A program made the translations under genes and the position numbers. The notes beneath the pieces are model-generated. The model saw only the letters and a list, made by a program, of their open reading frames with translations, did no database searches and was not told the DNA's origin. Positions 50,413 to 58,754 of a stretch of DNA of 64,000 nucleotides are shown one piece after another (positions within the stretch are counted from its first letter, which is position 1; every line of letters begins with the position of its first letter). Source of the stretch: a virus; IMG/VR virus record IMGVR_UViG_3300030099_006395, positions 32,001-96,000 of that record; one strand, given 5' to 3'.

Positions 50413-50684
50413 CACTTAACCCTACAGCACTACTCACTTAAAAGAAAAGCGAATAGAGCAGGGTGGTAAGGGAAACCGAAACTGAAAGTATCAATGGGGT
50501 TACCGAAAGGTTTGAAAAAGATATTAGTAAGTGGTGAACCGAGTCCATCCATAATATAAGAGGATGTAATATGTTATAGTTAAGATAATAGTTACGGATT
50601 AGAAATGTCATAGTTGGTCATACAGCACTTTACAAAATGATAACAGAATAAATCAAAAAAAAAGACCACCGAAAGGATATGACA
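50413..50684 (+). ncRNA. Putative structured RNA with two TACAGCAC stem elements and several GAAA tetraloops
   Basis: No ORF; stems ACCCT/AGGGT, TGGTC/GACCA, TGTCATA/TATGACA; follows TATTTATA motif at 50401. Confidence 0.55.
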
Positions 50685-50712
50685 AAAAATTAAATAAAAG
50701 AGGTTATAAAAT

Positions 50713-51177
50713 ATGTCAATAGATTATCAAGAGTTAACAGGTAAATTAATAATAGAAAATGGTGAATTAAAAAACCAATTGTCACATGCACTAAAAGAAT
50801 TAGAAGATGTGTACAATATGGTAGAATCAGAACCTAATGATATGGCTTTAGGTGAAATAGTTAGACAACATTATTGGGCAAATACAGAGGAACCAGAATC
50901 CACAGAAGAACCTATATACATTTATGAATCTCCTGATGAAGGTAAAACATTGTATAGAAGACGAGTTGGTGAAACTGTAAGAGAACAAGTAGAAACACCT
51001 GAACCACCTGTTAGTAGAGAAAGAGCTGAAGCTAGATTACAATATTTAAGAACAGAAATAGCTCATGAAGATTATCACGATGGGTGGACTCTTCAGGGTA
51101 TGAAAGACGAAGTGGAATGGTTAGAAAATCAGTTAGGTATTGATAGTAAACAAATGGAGTTGTTCGACAATCATTAA
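50713..51177 (+). CDS. Acidic hypothetical protein
   Basis: YIYESPD.GKT.Y.R motif; ends QMELF. Confidence 0.6.
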   Translation: MSIDYQELTGKLIIENGELKNQLSHALKELEDVYNMVESEPNDMALGEIVRQHYWANTEEPESTEEPIYIYESPDEGKTLYRRRVGETVREQVETPEPPVSRERAEARLQYLRTEIAHEDYHDGWTLQGMKDEVEWLENQLGIDSKQMELFDNH

Positions 51178-51231
51178 AGCGAAAGAAAATTTTTTCCAGA
51201 GTGGACGGGAAAGCAGTCGCGTAAGTCAAGT

Positions 51232-51876
51232 ATGATTATAAAGGACAATGTAATAACCAATAAAGCTTTATTACAATCAATTCAAAATGATAAGAATAAT
51301 ATATTCATGGAAGATGGTTGTTATTCTCTTTGGTATCCAGGTGAAAGCGTACAAAACACTACAGAGCTTATCATAGAACACCTTATAAAGTTATTGGAGT
51401 TAGATATAAGTAAATGCGTGTCAATAGAACATTGGACATTTCCATCAACAAAATTGACAGCTTCTAATCGATGGCATAGGAATACAAACGTAAACAATGA
51501 AGGCCATGTGTTAAGACAAATCACACCTATTTATTCTCTTGTTTACTTTCCAATACCTATCGATATAGAAGGCGGTTATTTAGAAATTAGTTCAAAGCGT
51601 GGAGATATAACACCTTATGATAAACAAGGGCGGAGAAATGAAGAAGGATTGTTAATAGATTTACTGCCAAATCATAAAGAAATATTGGGTGAACTTCAAA
51701 GAATAAAACCAGTATATAATAGAGCGATTGTATTCGACGGTGACTTATGGCATAGAGTTAGTCCACATATAGGAGACAGATGGTCCTTGTCGGTAGACTT
51801 TTGGAGAGAAGATATTCTCGATGATTTTCATTGTCGAGATTTAATATATGGAGAATCAAATGAATGGTATAACTAA
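51232..51876 (+). CDS. 2OG-Fe(II) oxygenase-like protein
   Basis: WH, GGYLE, NR..VFDG..WH.V, RWS. Confidence 0.7.
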   Translation: MIIKDNVITNKALLQSIQNDKNNIFMEDGCYSLWYPGESVQNTTELIIEHLIKLLELDISKCVSIEHWTFPSTKLTASNRWHRNTNVNNEGHVLRQITPIYSLVYFPIPIDIEGGYLEISSKRGDITPYDKQGRRNEEGLLIDLLPNHKEILGELQRIKPVYNRAIVFDGDLWHRVSPHIGDRWSLSVDFWREDILDDFHCRDLIYGESNEWYN

Positions 51877-52189
51877 ATGGTTAAGTAGCAAATGGAATTT
51901 GTTGGGTATGTTTATGTTGAGTTATTTTGTAATAGGATATATATTTGATATAGTAGGCGTTAGCTTTAATAATATGATTGTCTTATTTGTCTTTATGTAT
52001 ATAGGTAACTTTGCGTCTTACTTATGGGGTATGAGTAAAGGTATTATGTACGCTACAACACAACGGCCTAACTTTATACAAGAATTAGAAAAAATGAACG
52101 AAATGATAAGAGAAGAAAACACCAGTACATCAAAGAAGTGTAAGAAGAAAGCCAAAAAGTGTTCTTCAGATAGATGTAAAAATTGTTAG
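51848..52189 (+). CDS. Two-TM membrane protein
   Basis: Two hydrophobic segments, basic/Cys tail. Confidence 0.6.
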   Translation: MENQMNGITKWLSSKWNLLGMFMLSYFVIGYIFDIVGVSFNNMIVLFVFMYIGNFASYLWGMSKGIMYATTQRPNFIQELEKMNEMIREENTSTSKKCKKKAKKCSSDRCKNC

Positions 52190-52260
52190 TGTTTTCTTTA
52201 TTTTCGTATATTTATATATACAATAGTTATAACACAATTCAATTATAGGAGATATAACAA

Positions 52261-52584
52261 ATGATACGATATAAGAATAGAGTATTGCCAGTATGGATAC
52301 AATGGGATGGCGATGAACAATACTTCGAGAGAGCCAAACAATCTATTATAGATGATATAAGACTTAATGGTTTAGACCATTATGATGGTTACGCTGACTT
52401 ACATGATATGCCTACTGAAGAAGAGAAACAATGGGATGGTTCACCTGCACAAGAGAAGATTACTAAATCAAGTAAATCTACTAAATCAACTAAAGCCAAT
52501 AAGTCTCTACCTAAAGGGAATACACCTAATATGGATAAGTTCGCTGATAAGGGTGGTTCTAACGACAACGAGACTGCGTCTTAA
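52261..52584 (+). CDS. Hypothetical protein
   Basis: AGGAGA RBS; repeated QWDG. Confidence 0.55.
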   Translation: MIRYKNRVLPVWIQWDGDEQYFERAKQSIIDDIRLNGLDHYDGYADLHDMPTEEEKQWDGSPAQEKITKSSKSTKSTKANKSLPKGNTPNMDKFADKGGSNDNETAS

Positions 52585-52752
52585 TCAATTACACACTCAA
52601 TTATTATTTCCATACATTAGATATGGGTAGTAGTGGAGTATAGTGGGTTAATGTGGTGAATTTCCATGTTATAGATAGTTTACCGTAGGATTTTATAATC
52701 TAAAATAGACACGATTATATAGAGTACACATGCGTCGTAAAAAACAAAATTT

Positions 52753-52817
52753 TGTTACAAATTGTTACACTTTTTTTAAGAAAAACGTTGACTTGTATCG
52801 CGTAAAACCCCTATATT
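52753..52817 (+). promoter_or_regulatory. TGTTACA-N3-TGTTACA box plus promoter
   Basis: Box 52753-52769; TTGACT(52788)-N18-TATATT. Confidence 0.7.
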
Positions 52818-52969
52818 ATAGTATAAATTAAAGGAGTATGCTTATGATATTAGAGTTATTATTCAATCCATTCGCGTGTGTAATGTGGTTTTGGTTGGGC
52901 GTTTTCGTCTGGAGTTGGTTATCTACCGCGAATTAATGTAAAAAAAACGTCTTTTTTTGTAAAAAAACG

Positions 52970-52999
52970 TTGACTCATATGGCTTTTTCGCCGTATATT
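52970..52999 (+). promoter_or_regulatory. Sigma70-like promoter of the putative ncRNA
   Basis: TTGACT-N18-TATATT with no ORF downstream. Confidence 0.72.
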
Positions 53000-53178
53000 G
53001 TAGTATAAGATTTTTGAAATGAAAGAATTAGTGGGAGTACAAGGGGTATAATTCCCGACGGGGGCATACTTACTTAAAGAGAGACAATACACTAGCGTAA
53101 CCCACCTCTCGCCCACGGCTAGTTTAAAGGTAAATGACGGGTAGTTACTCTATAAGAGCCTATGTATTTACCACTTTT

Positions 53179-53250
53179 GCGGGGTAAGAATCAAGAGAGA
53201 TTCGTTATACTACCAGTATAAAGGGTGTGGGGCAGTTCCACAACCCCGCT
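53179..53250 (+). tRNA. Non-canonical tRNA-Gly(ACC)-like cloverleaf
   Basis: Acceptor GCGGGGT/ACCCCGC+T; D-like arm GAATC/GATTC; anticodon arm TTATA-CTACCAG-TATAA; T-like arm TGTGG-GGCAGTT-CCACA. Confidence 0.6.
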
Positions 53251-53390
53251 CAACGAGAGAAACCTGCATACTTGAGTAAGGTGAGAATATTTCTCCGAAC
53301 CACGTTTCGTTAATATTCATACCTATCACCATACTTCAGTCCCTCCAGGTTCTCTCCTCACACTTGATCATGGGTGTATTATACGCTCTA

Positions 53391-53430
53391 GGGTGTCAGT
53401 TTTACTCCTTTCTCTGGCACCCTTTTTTTT
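53391..53430 (+). terminator. Intrinsic terminator with anti-SD loop
   Basis: GGGTGTCAG-TTTTACTCCTTTCT-CTGGCACCC-T8. Confidence 0.85.
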
Positions 53431-53433
53431 GCC

Positions 53434-53498
53434 TGTTACATATTGTTACAAATTAAATGAAATAAAACGTTGTATAGTACGCCAGAAAGCCTTATATT
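53434..53498 (+). promoter_or_regulatory. TGTTACA-N3-TGTTACA box plus promoter of AAA+ gene
   Basis: Box 53434-53450; TTGTAT(53470)-N17-TATATT. Confidence 0.68.
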
Positions 53499-53533
53499 TG
53501 ATCGTAAGTTAAATGATAAAAAAAGGAGTATTT

Positions 53534-54724
53534 ATGTCAAAACAAATTTTAACCCCCGATGTTGTAGTGAGGATAGAAAAGTCCGGTAATCGTTACAACG
53601 CGTGGGATACTGATGGTAATAAACGAACATCAGAGATTACATCTGGTTGTAGGAAGAACGCCTTTAATGGTGGTTATCTATTAGGTAGGTTTCCTTCTAC
53701 TGCCTCTAAATCTGGTTTCGCGTGGAGGAAAGTTACTGATTCTGTTGTAGAAACAGCAACTCCTGTCGTGGATAATTCCTCAATAGAGGTACCGACCGAC
53801 CACGCTGAAGTTCTTAATTTTATACACTCTTCTTACTCTTTAAAACCAAAGATGTTAATGATGTCAGAACTTAAATGGAAGTATCTGATTCGTTCTGGTG
53901 TTAGAGGTAAGAATATTATGATGACAGGCCCTGCGGGTTGTGGTAAGACTATGGCAGCTAAGTCATTGGTTAACTCACTTGATAGGCCTGACTATTACTT
54001 CAATTTAGGAGCGACACAAGATCCTCGTTCTACTCTGATTGGTAATACTCACTTCGATTCAAAGAAGGGTACTTACTTTTCAGAATCTCTCTTCGTGAAA
54101 GCGATTCAAACACCAAACGCCGTGATACTATTAGATGAGTTATCAAGGGCTCACCCAGACGCATGGAATATCTTAATGACAGTTCTCGACTATGGGCAAA
54201 GATATTTAAGGTTGGATGAAGCTAGTGGGGCTGATACTATTAAGGTTGCAGATGGTGTTACTTTCGTTGCCACAGCAAACATTGGTAATGAGTATACTTC
54301 TACTAGAGTTATGGATAAGGCCCTCATGGATAGGTTCACTATTGTTGAGATGGATGTACTAACAGAAGAGGACGAGAACTCTCTTCTTAATATGATGTTT
54401 CCTTCGGTTGACTCTGTACTACTAGGTAATGTGGCTAAGATAGCGACACTAACAAGAACCGAGTCTGGTAGTGAAACAGCTAGGATTACTAGTGGTATTA
54501 GTACGAGAACCACGGTAGAGTTATGTGGGTTACTATTCGATGGCTTCTCATTACAAGAAGCGGCTGAGGTCAGTATCTATCCCCAGTATGATAACACTGG
54601 TGGGGTAGACAGCGAGAGAACCTTTGTGAAGCAGATAGTCCAAAAGTTCTGTGATGACGGCTCAAGCGATGACTTGTTCAATGAGGACGAGATGGCTGAG
54701 GCGACAGAGGACACTACCTACTAA
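53534..54724 (+). CDS. MoxR/CbbQ/NirQ-type AAA+ ATPase
   Basis: GPAGCGKT, LLDELSR, FVATAN, D.ALMDRF, ISTR; AAAGGAGT RBS before ATG 53534. Confidence 0.9.
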   Translation: MSKQILTPDVVVRIEKSGNRYNAWDTDGNKRTSEITSGCRKNAFNGGYLLGRFPSTASKSGFAWRKVTDSVVETATPVVDNSSIEVPTDHAEVLNFIHSSYSLKPKMLMMSELKWKYLIRSGVRGKNIMMTGPAGCGKTMAAKSLVNSLDRPDYYFNLGATQDPRSTLIGNTHFDSKKGTYFSESLFVKAIQTPNAVILLDELSRAHPDAWNILMTVLDYGQRYLRLDEASGADTIKVADGVTFVATANIGNEYTSTRVMDKALMDRFTIVEMDVLTEEDENSLLNMMFPSVDSVLLGNVAKIATLTRTESGSETARITSGISTRTTVELCGLLFDGFSLQEAAEVSIYPQYDNTGGVDSERTFVKQIVQKFCDDGSSDDLFNEDEMAEATEDTTY

Positions 54725-54733
54725 ACCTCTTTA

Positions 54734-54761
54734 GGGGGGCGGTTATTCCTTTCCGCCTCCC
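54734..54761 (+). terminator. GC-rich hairpin after AAA+ gene (terminator or RNA-stabilising element)
   Basis: GGGGGGCGG-TTATTCCTTT-CCGCCTCCC; lacks a clear U-tract. Confidence 0.5.
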
Positions 54762-54895
54762 AACTTACAACTTGAAAAGATTTTTCACTTTACGTTAAAG
54801 TATTACTTTAACGCTCATACCCATGCACATCCCGAGGAGAAATTTTTCACGTATAGCAAATTACGTATATGTATTTACACACAAGTGTGTGAGTC

Positions 54896-54950
54896 TGTTA
54901 CAAACTGTTACAATTAAGCTGTTGTCTACCACCCTATATACCCTTATATT
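54896..54950 (+). promoter_or_regulatory. TGTTACA-N3-TGTTACA box plus promoter
   Basis: Box 54896-54912; TTGTCT(54922)-N17-TATATT. Confidence 0.68.
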
Positions 54951-54977
54951 ATAGTATAATTAAAAGGAGTTTTATTT

Positions 54978-55217
54978 ATGGTACATGTAGCGGAAATAGT
55001 AGTTGAACAAGGTAATGAAAACCTTGACGTAGATGGATGGCGTGTTTGTTCATTTTGGGATGAAGACGTTGATGGTAATGAATTTATGAATTTTGAAGTA
55101 GCGTATTGGAGAGGTGGTTCTATAGAATGGGCTTCTCTTAATGATTCTCTTCATTACTTTAGGAGTTGGAGTGACGCTGTAAATTTTTATGAAGATGCAA
55201 TAGAAGGAGTTGTATAA
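54978..55217 (+). CDS. Acidic hypothetical protein
   Basis: AAAGGAGT RBS. Confidence 0.6.
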   Translation: MVHVAEIVVEQGNENLDVDGWRVCSFWDEDVDGNEFMNFEVAYWRGGSIEWASLNDSLHYFRSWSDAVNFYEDAIEGVV

Positions 55218-55401
55218 TATGATTAGATATGTTCTATCATTTTTATTGTTATTTTTAATAGGTTGTTTTGATGATGATAGTTGTGTTTCAAGTAATGCAC
55301 CCTTTATACCTTCATGTGAATGTTTAGACACTTCCGAATGTGAAGATGGATACAGGTGTATTGATAATGAATGTAGACTTATTTTAAATGAGAATGATTA
55401 A
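55210..55401 (+). CDS. Small Cys-rich lipoprotein
   Basis: LFLIGC lipobox-like signal; six further Cys. Confidence 0.6.
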   Translation: MYNMIRYVLSFLLLFLIGCFDDDSCVSSNAPFIPSCECLDTSECEDGYRCIDNECRLILNEND

Positions 55402-55563
55402 AGGAGTATTATATGGAATGTAGTATATGTAAAGATGATATAATAGATAAGTTTGGCCATAATGCTGAACCTATTAATTCAGGTAGGTGTTGTGAGTTAT
55501 GTAATAGTACATTTGTTATACCATTTAGGATACAACAGATGTTTAACTCGGAGTGTGATTAAT

Positions 55564-56091
55564 ATGCATAAGTGTAGTATGTGTTCTACTGATATACCTA
55601 AAGCTCGTGTTGAGTTAGGTTATACTATATGTACCAAGTGTTCTACCGAAGAGAAAGTTGCTTGTCATACTATATACCCACACAAGACTGGTGGTTATAT
55701 ACAGGTAGTTAGTAGAGAGCAATCTGAAAACCTCAATCGTTTAGATAGACGGGGTTATTCTGGTATGAAGAAGGCTAAGAATTATAAATCTATTATTAAG
55801 AAGAAGAGTAAAGACTTGGATAAAACCGCCAAGGTAGTTCGTCACCGGTCCTCTTCTCTTAATAGTATTAAACATACACCTTATGATACTGCTCTTGAAA
55901 TGGTAAATAAGTATTATGATGAATGGGGTTATCAGCCTACGCTTAAGTATTTACGAAAATTGAATAGTTCAGGTGAGATACCTCTTATGACACGAGTTAA
56001 GATACAAGATATTATTACTGATAGATATTTAGAACCCACACCAAGGGCATTAAAAAGAAAGTTTAACGGTTTGGATTCAATGTACACATAA
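55564..56091 (+). CDS. Protein with DksA/TraR-type C4 zinc finger
   Basis: CSMCSTDIPKARVELGYTICTKC; GGAGTG RBS before ATG 55564. Confidence 0.65.
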   Translation: MHKCSMCSTDIPKARVELGYTICTKCSTEEKVACHTIYPHKTGGYIQVVSREQSENLNRLDRRGYSGMKKAKNYKSIIKKKSKDLDKTAKVVRHRSSSLNSIKHTPYDTALEMVNKYYDEWGYQPTLKYLRKLNSSGEIPLMTRVKIQDIITDRYLEPTPRALKRKFNGLDSMYT

Positions 56092-58096
56092 GTGCGTGGT
56101 GATCCATAAAATCAAACTCATATGTTTGACAATTACGACTGTTGGAAAAATTACTTATAATATAATCTAATGTACCTTCTAAAAACATGAATGAGTGTGT
56201 TATATCCGGACCATAAAAATAATTTGTTCCATCCCAATTATTTGCATATGGACTTTGTGATAAATTCCAATCTTGTGGTACATTATGTACAGTAAAACCT
56301 TTATCTCCATAAGTTGTTTGAGAATGCCAATATTGAGCTGAATCAATATAATCATATTGTTCTGGTTGGACTATACTATCATAATCAACAGGTGATAATG
56401 TTTCTATCAAATCTCCAATACTTTCATACTCCATAATCATATCTTCTATTTTTCCTGCTACGGAGTTCTTTACCTGTTCTTCCATCCATTCAAATCCCAT
56501 TATCCATCCAGAACTATTTAAATCTAAATCAGAAGCATCTACATCATGTAATGTAGATGTACCATCTGAATTCATTCTTACAGTCATAACGATATCACCA
56601 GACCAACTCCACACTAAATGATCATTAAACAATCCATTACATCCTCCCGTTCCCGGAACAAGTCCAATTGGAAATTCTGGACAAGCATGCCAAGCAGTCA
56701 TATCCATACATATTTTTTGAGATGTATCATCAAGTCCTAGAATTAAATTTAAATCATAATAATTTTCCGATGAATTTGTTTGACCGAATATAACTTCTTG
56801 ACCAGCTGGATTAGTTATACTAAACTCTACATCACTTAAATTAACATCAATATCCCAAGAGTCAATATGATAAACCTGGTCTTCACCTATTGGACAAACA
56901 CCATCAGTTGTATAATCCAAAACATTTGGTATAGGATTAAATTCATTCAATAATGTTTTAGCAAATGTTTCAGTCCATTCTTGATTTGTTAATTCATTCC
57001 AATTAAATATACTATTCCAATTCCATCTATATGGATCTGTATTAAAATCTCCAGCGATTAAAATATTTTCATTTGGATTATATAAATCATCAAAGATTTG
57101 TTGGAAGTGTGCCTTTCTACATTTATCTTTATGTTGAGTAGGTGCATTTAATGGATGTGCAGCTATAACTTTTATTCTAGACCCATTGTTAAGAGTTACA
57201 TAATTATAATTGACATTAATTGGCCAACTATCTAAACCATTACATTGTTCGGGTAGGTCTGTAGTAATACTATCACTATCTAAAGAACCTACACTATTCT
57301 TAACTGCTATACATGTATATAGTGGGTCACTGCATGAGTAAGTATAATTGTTTGGTAACACTCTACGAATTTGTTCATCACTATATTGTGCTAAACTACA
57401 AGATGAATCCATAGATAAATCTGCCGCCTCTTGACAAATAGGATTTTCTATGCATTCTTGATTACTTATCAATTCTGTTATAGTAACTATATCAGGTTGG
57501 TAATTACTTATAAAATCTCGTAATTCATCTTCATCACTTTTTCTACATAATCCCTGCTGTGTACATTCATCCAAACATTCTGGAAAGTCACCAGATGAAT
57601 CAAATGCATTAGTATAATTAATATTGAATAAATGACCAGCGTTGATTTGTAGTACTTTTAATTCTTCAGGAACATTACCACCACCTTCAGTACCGCCAGC
57701 TAAAAGTAAATCAATAAAATATTGTATATCTATTACATTAACATCTCTGTCATTATTTATATCCATAGCCCAAATAATACATGACCAGTAATTATAAAAA
57801 GGTGGCATTTCATCGTTAGAGTATGGTGCTGGATTTAAAATAAAATTTCTGACTTCTATAATATCTAAAATATCTATATTTTGATCATAATAGGTTGGAT
57901 TTCCTTTTACGAAACCTGCTTCAGTACATACAGAATCGCAAGATCCTCCAACATTATGGAAGCTTCCATCCCATATACCATTAATTGGATCACAGTTACT
58001 AAATCTTGTATTAGTTCTTATAGGTGTATCGGTTTTGGTTTCTATACAAACTCCTCGATGTGACATTGTATAACCTTTTGGACATTTACCTCTCAT
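56063..58096 (-). CDS. Endonuclease/exonuclease/phosphatase (EEP) family protein with dockerin-like domain
   Basis: LKVLQIN, PDIVTITE, AAH, IAGDFN, LDYI, DHH; IDILDI / DINNDRDVNVID repeats. Confidence 0.75.
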   Translation of the reverse strand: MRGKCPKGYTMSHRGVCIETKTDTPIRTNTRFSNCDPINGIWDGSFHNVGGSCDSVCTEAGFVKGNPTYYDQNIDILDIIEVRNFILNPAPYSNDEMPPFYNYWSCIIWAMDINNDRDVNVIDIQYFIDLLLAGGTEGGGNVPEELKVLQINAGHLFNINYTNAFDSSGDFPECLDECTQQGLCRKSDEDELRDFISNYQPDIVTITELISNQECIENPICQEAADLSMDSSCSLAQYSDEQIRRVLPNNYTYSCSDPLYTCIAVKNSVGSLDSDSITTDLPEQCNGLDSWPINVNYNYVTLNNGSRIKVIAAHPLNAPTQHKDKCRKAHFQQIFDDLYNPNENILIAGDFNTDPYRWNWNSIFNWNELTNQEWTETFAKTLLNEFNPIPNVLDYTTDGVCPIGEDQVYHIDSWDIDVNLSDVEFSITNPAGQEVIFGQTNSSENYYDLNLILGLDDTSQKICMDMTAWHACPEFPIGLVPGTGGCNGLFNDHLVWSWSGDIVMTVRMNSDGTSTLHDVDASDLDLNSSGWIMGFEWMEEQVKNSVAGKIEDMIMEYESIGDLIETLSPVDYDSIVQPEQYDYIDSAQYWHSQTTYGDKGFTVHNVPQDWNLSQSPYANNWDGTNYFYGPDITHSFMFLEGTLDYIISNFSNSRNCQTYEFDFMDHHALMCTLNPNR

Positions 58097-58753
58097 TTAA
58101 AAAGGACCCTTTGGTTGACTTTCACCAGATTGTTTAGGTTGCCAGTTACCACACAAATAAGGTGCGTCTACATCACCTGTCCATTCCCATTCATCCCCAG
58201 CATATTGTCCTCCTGGATTACCTGATGGTGTATACCATCCAGCACATGTGGTTGAAGCGAAATATGGAAATATACATCGGTCACCCATTACAAAACTATA
58301 TGGATGGTTCTCACACATCTCATATGGATATTCAACAGATAAGACACCATTGGAATCACAATATGCAGTGTTTTGTCCAGAACCTTGTACAAAAAAATTA
58401 AATCCATTCATAAATTTATATCTTATATCATCTGTGAGTTGTTGCGTGGTATCATATTGAGTTGATTCACAACCTACTGCCCCTCCTAATGTCCAAAGAT
58501 AAAATAAACCTACTCGAAGATTATGACCATCACAAAAAGCTTCAAAATACTGTACATCTTCACACCCTTGATCACAACAAGGTAACACTGCTCTATTATT
58601 TGTACGGGTAAAAGTACCATACTGATTTAATATATTTCCTTCAACACATGTACCATTACTTCTATCCATCACCATACCTTTTGGGCATTCTTTTCTTTTA
58701 TTTGGTATGAGATCACCTGCTATATTTACTTTATAATTTTTTGTTTCTTTCAT
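58097..58753 (-). CDS. Cys-rich hypothetical protein
   Basis: ORF in minus-strand operon; CPKG...GTCV motif. Confidence 0.65.
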   Translation of the reverse strand: MKETKNYKVNIAGDLIPNKRKECPKGMVMDRSNGTCVEGNILNQYGTFTRTNNRAVLPCCDQGCEDVQYFEAFCDGHNLRVGLFYLWTLGGAVGCESTQYDTTQQLTDDIRYKFMNGFNFFVQGSGQNTAYCDSNGVLSVEYPYEMCENHPYSFVMGDRCIFPYFASTTCAGWYTPSGNPGGQYAGDEWEWTGDVDAPYLCGNWQPKQSGESQPKGPF

Positions 58754-58754
58754 T

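Larger units (their letters stand above)
53005..53430 (+). ncRNA. Putative ~420-nt structured ncRNA
   Basis: Own promoter and terminator, visibly GC-richer than flanks, multiple stems, no credible ORF. Confidence 0.65.

Noticed and set aside
50440-50660. RNase P RNA
   Set aside because: Only superficial fragments; the conserved GAGGAAAGTCC and AGAACCCGGCTTA P4 strands are absent
53179-53250. tRNA-Sec for the UGA thioredoxin
   Set aside because: Anticodon is ACC, not UCA; no long variable arm or extended acceptor stem
4754-54513. Many short antisense or nested ORFs in the track (e.g. 4754-5050, 40014-40607, 52919-53116, 54190-54513)
   Set aside because: They shadow well-supported genes or promoters, lack RBSs and carry no recognisable motifs
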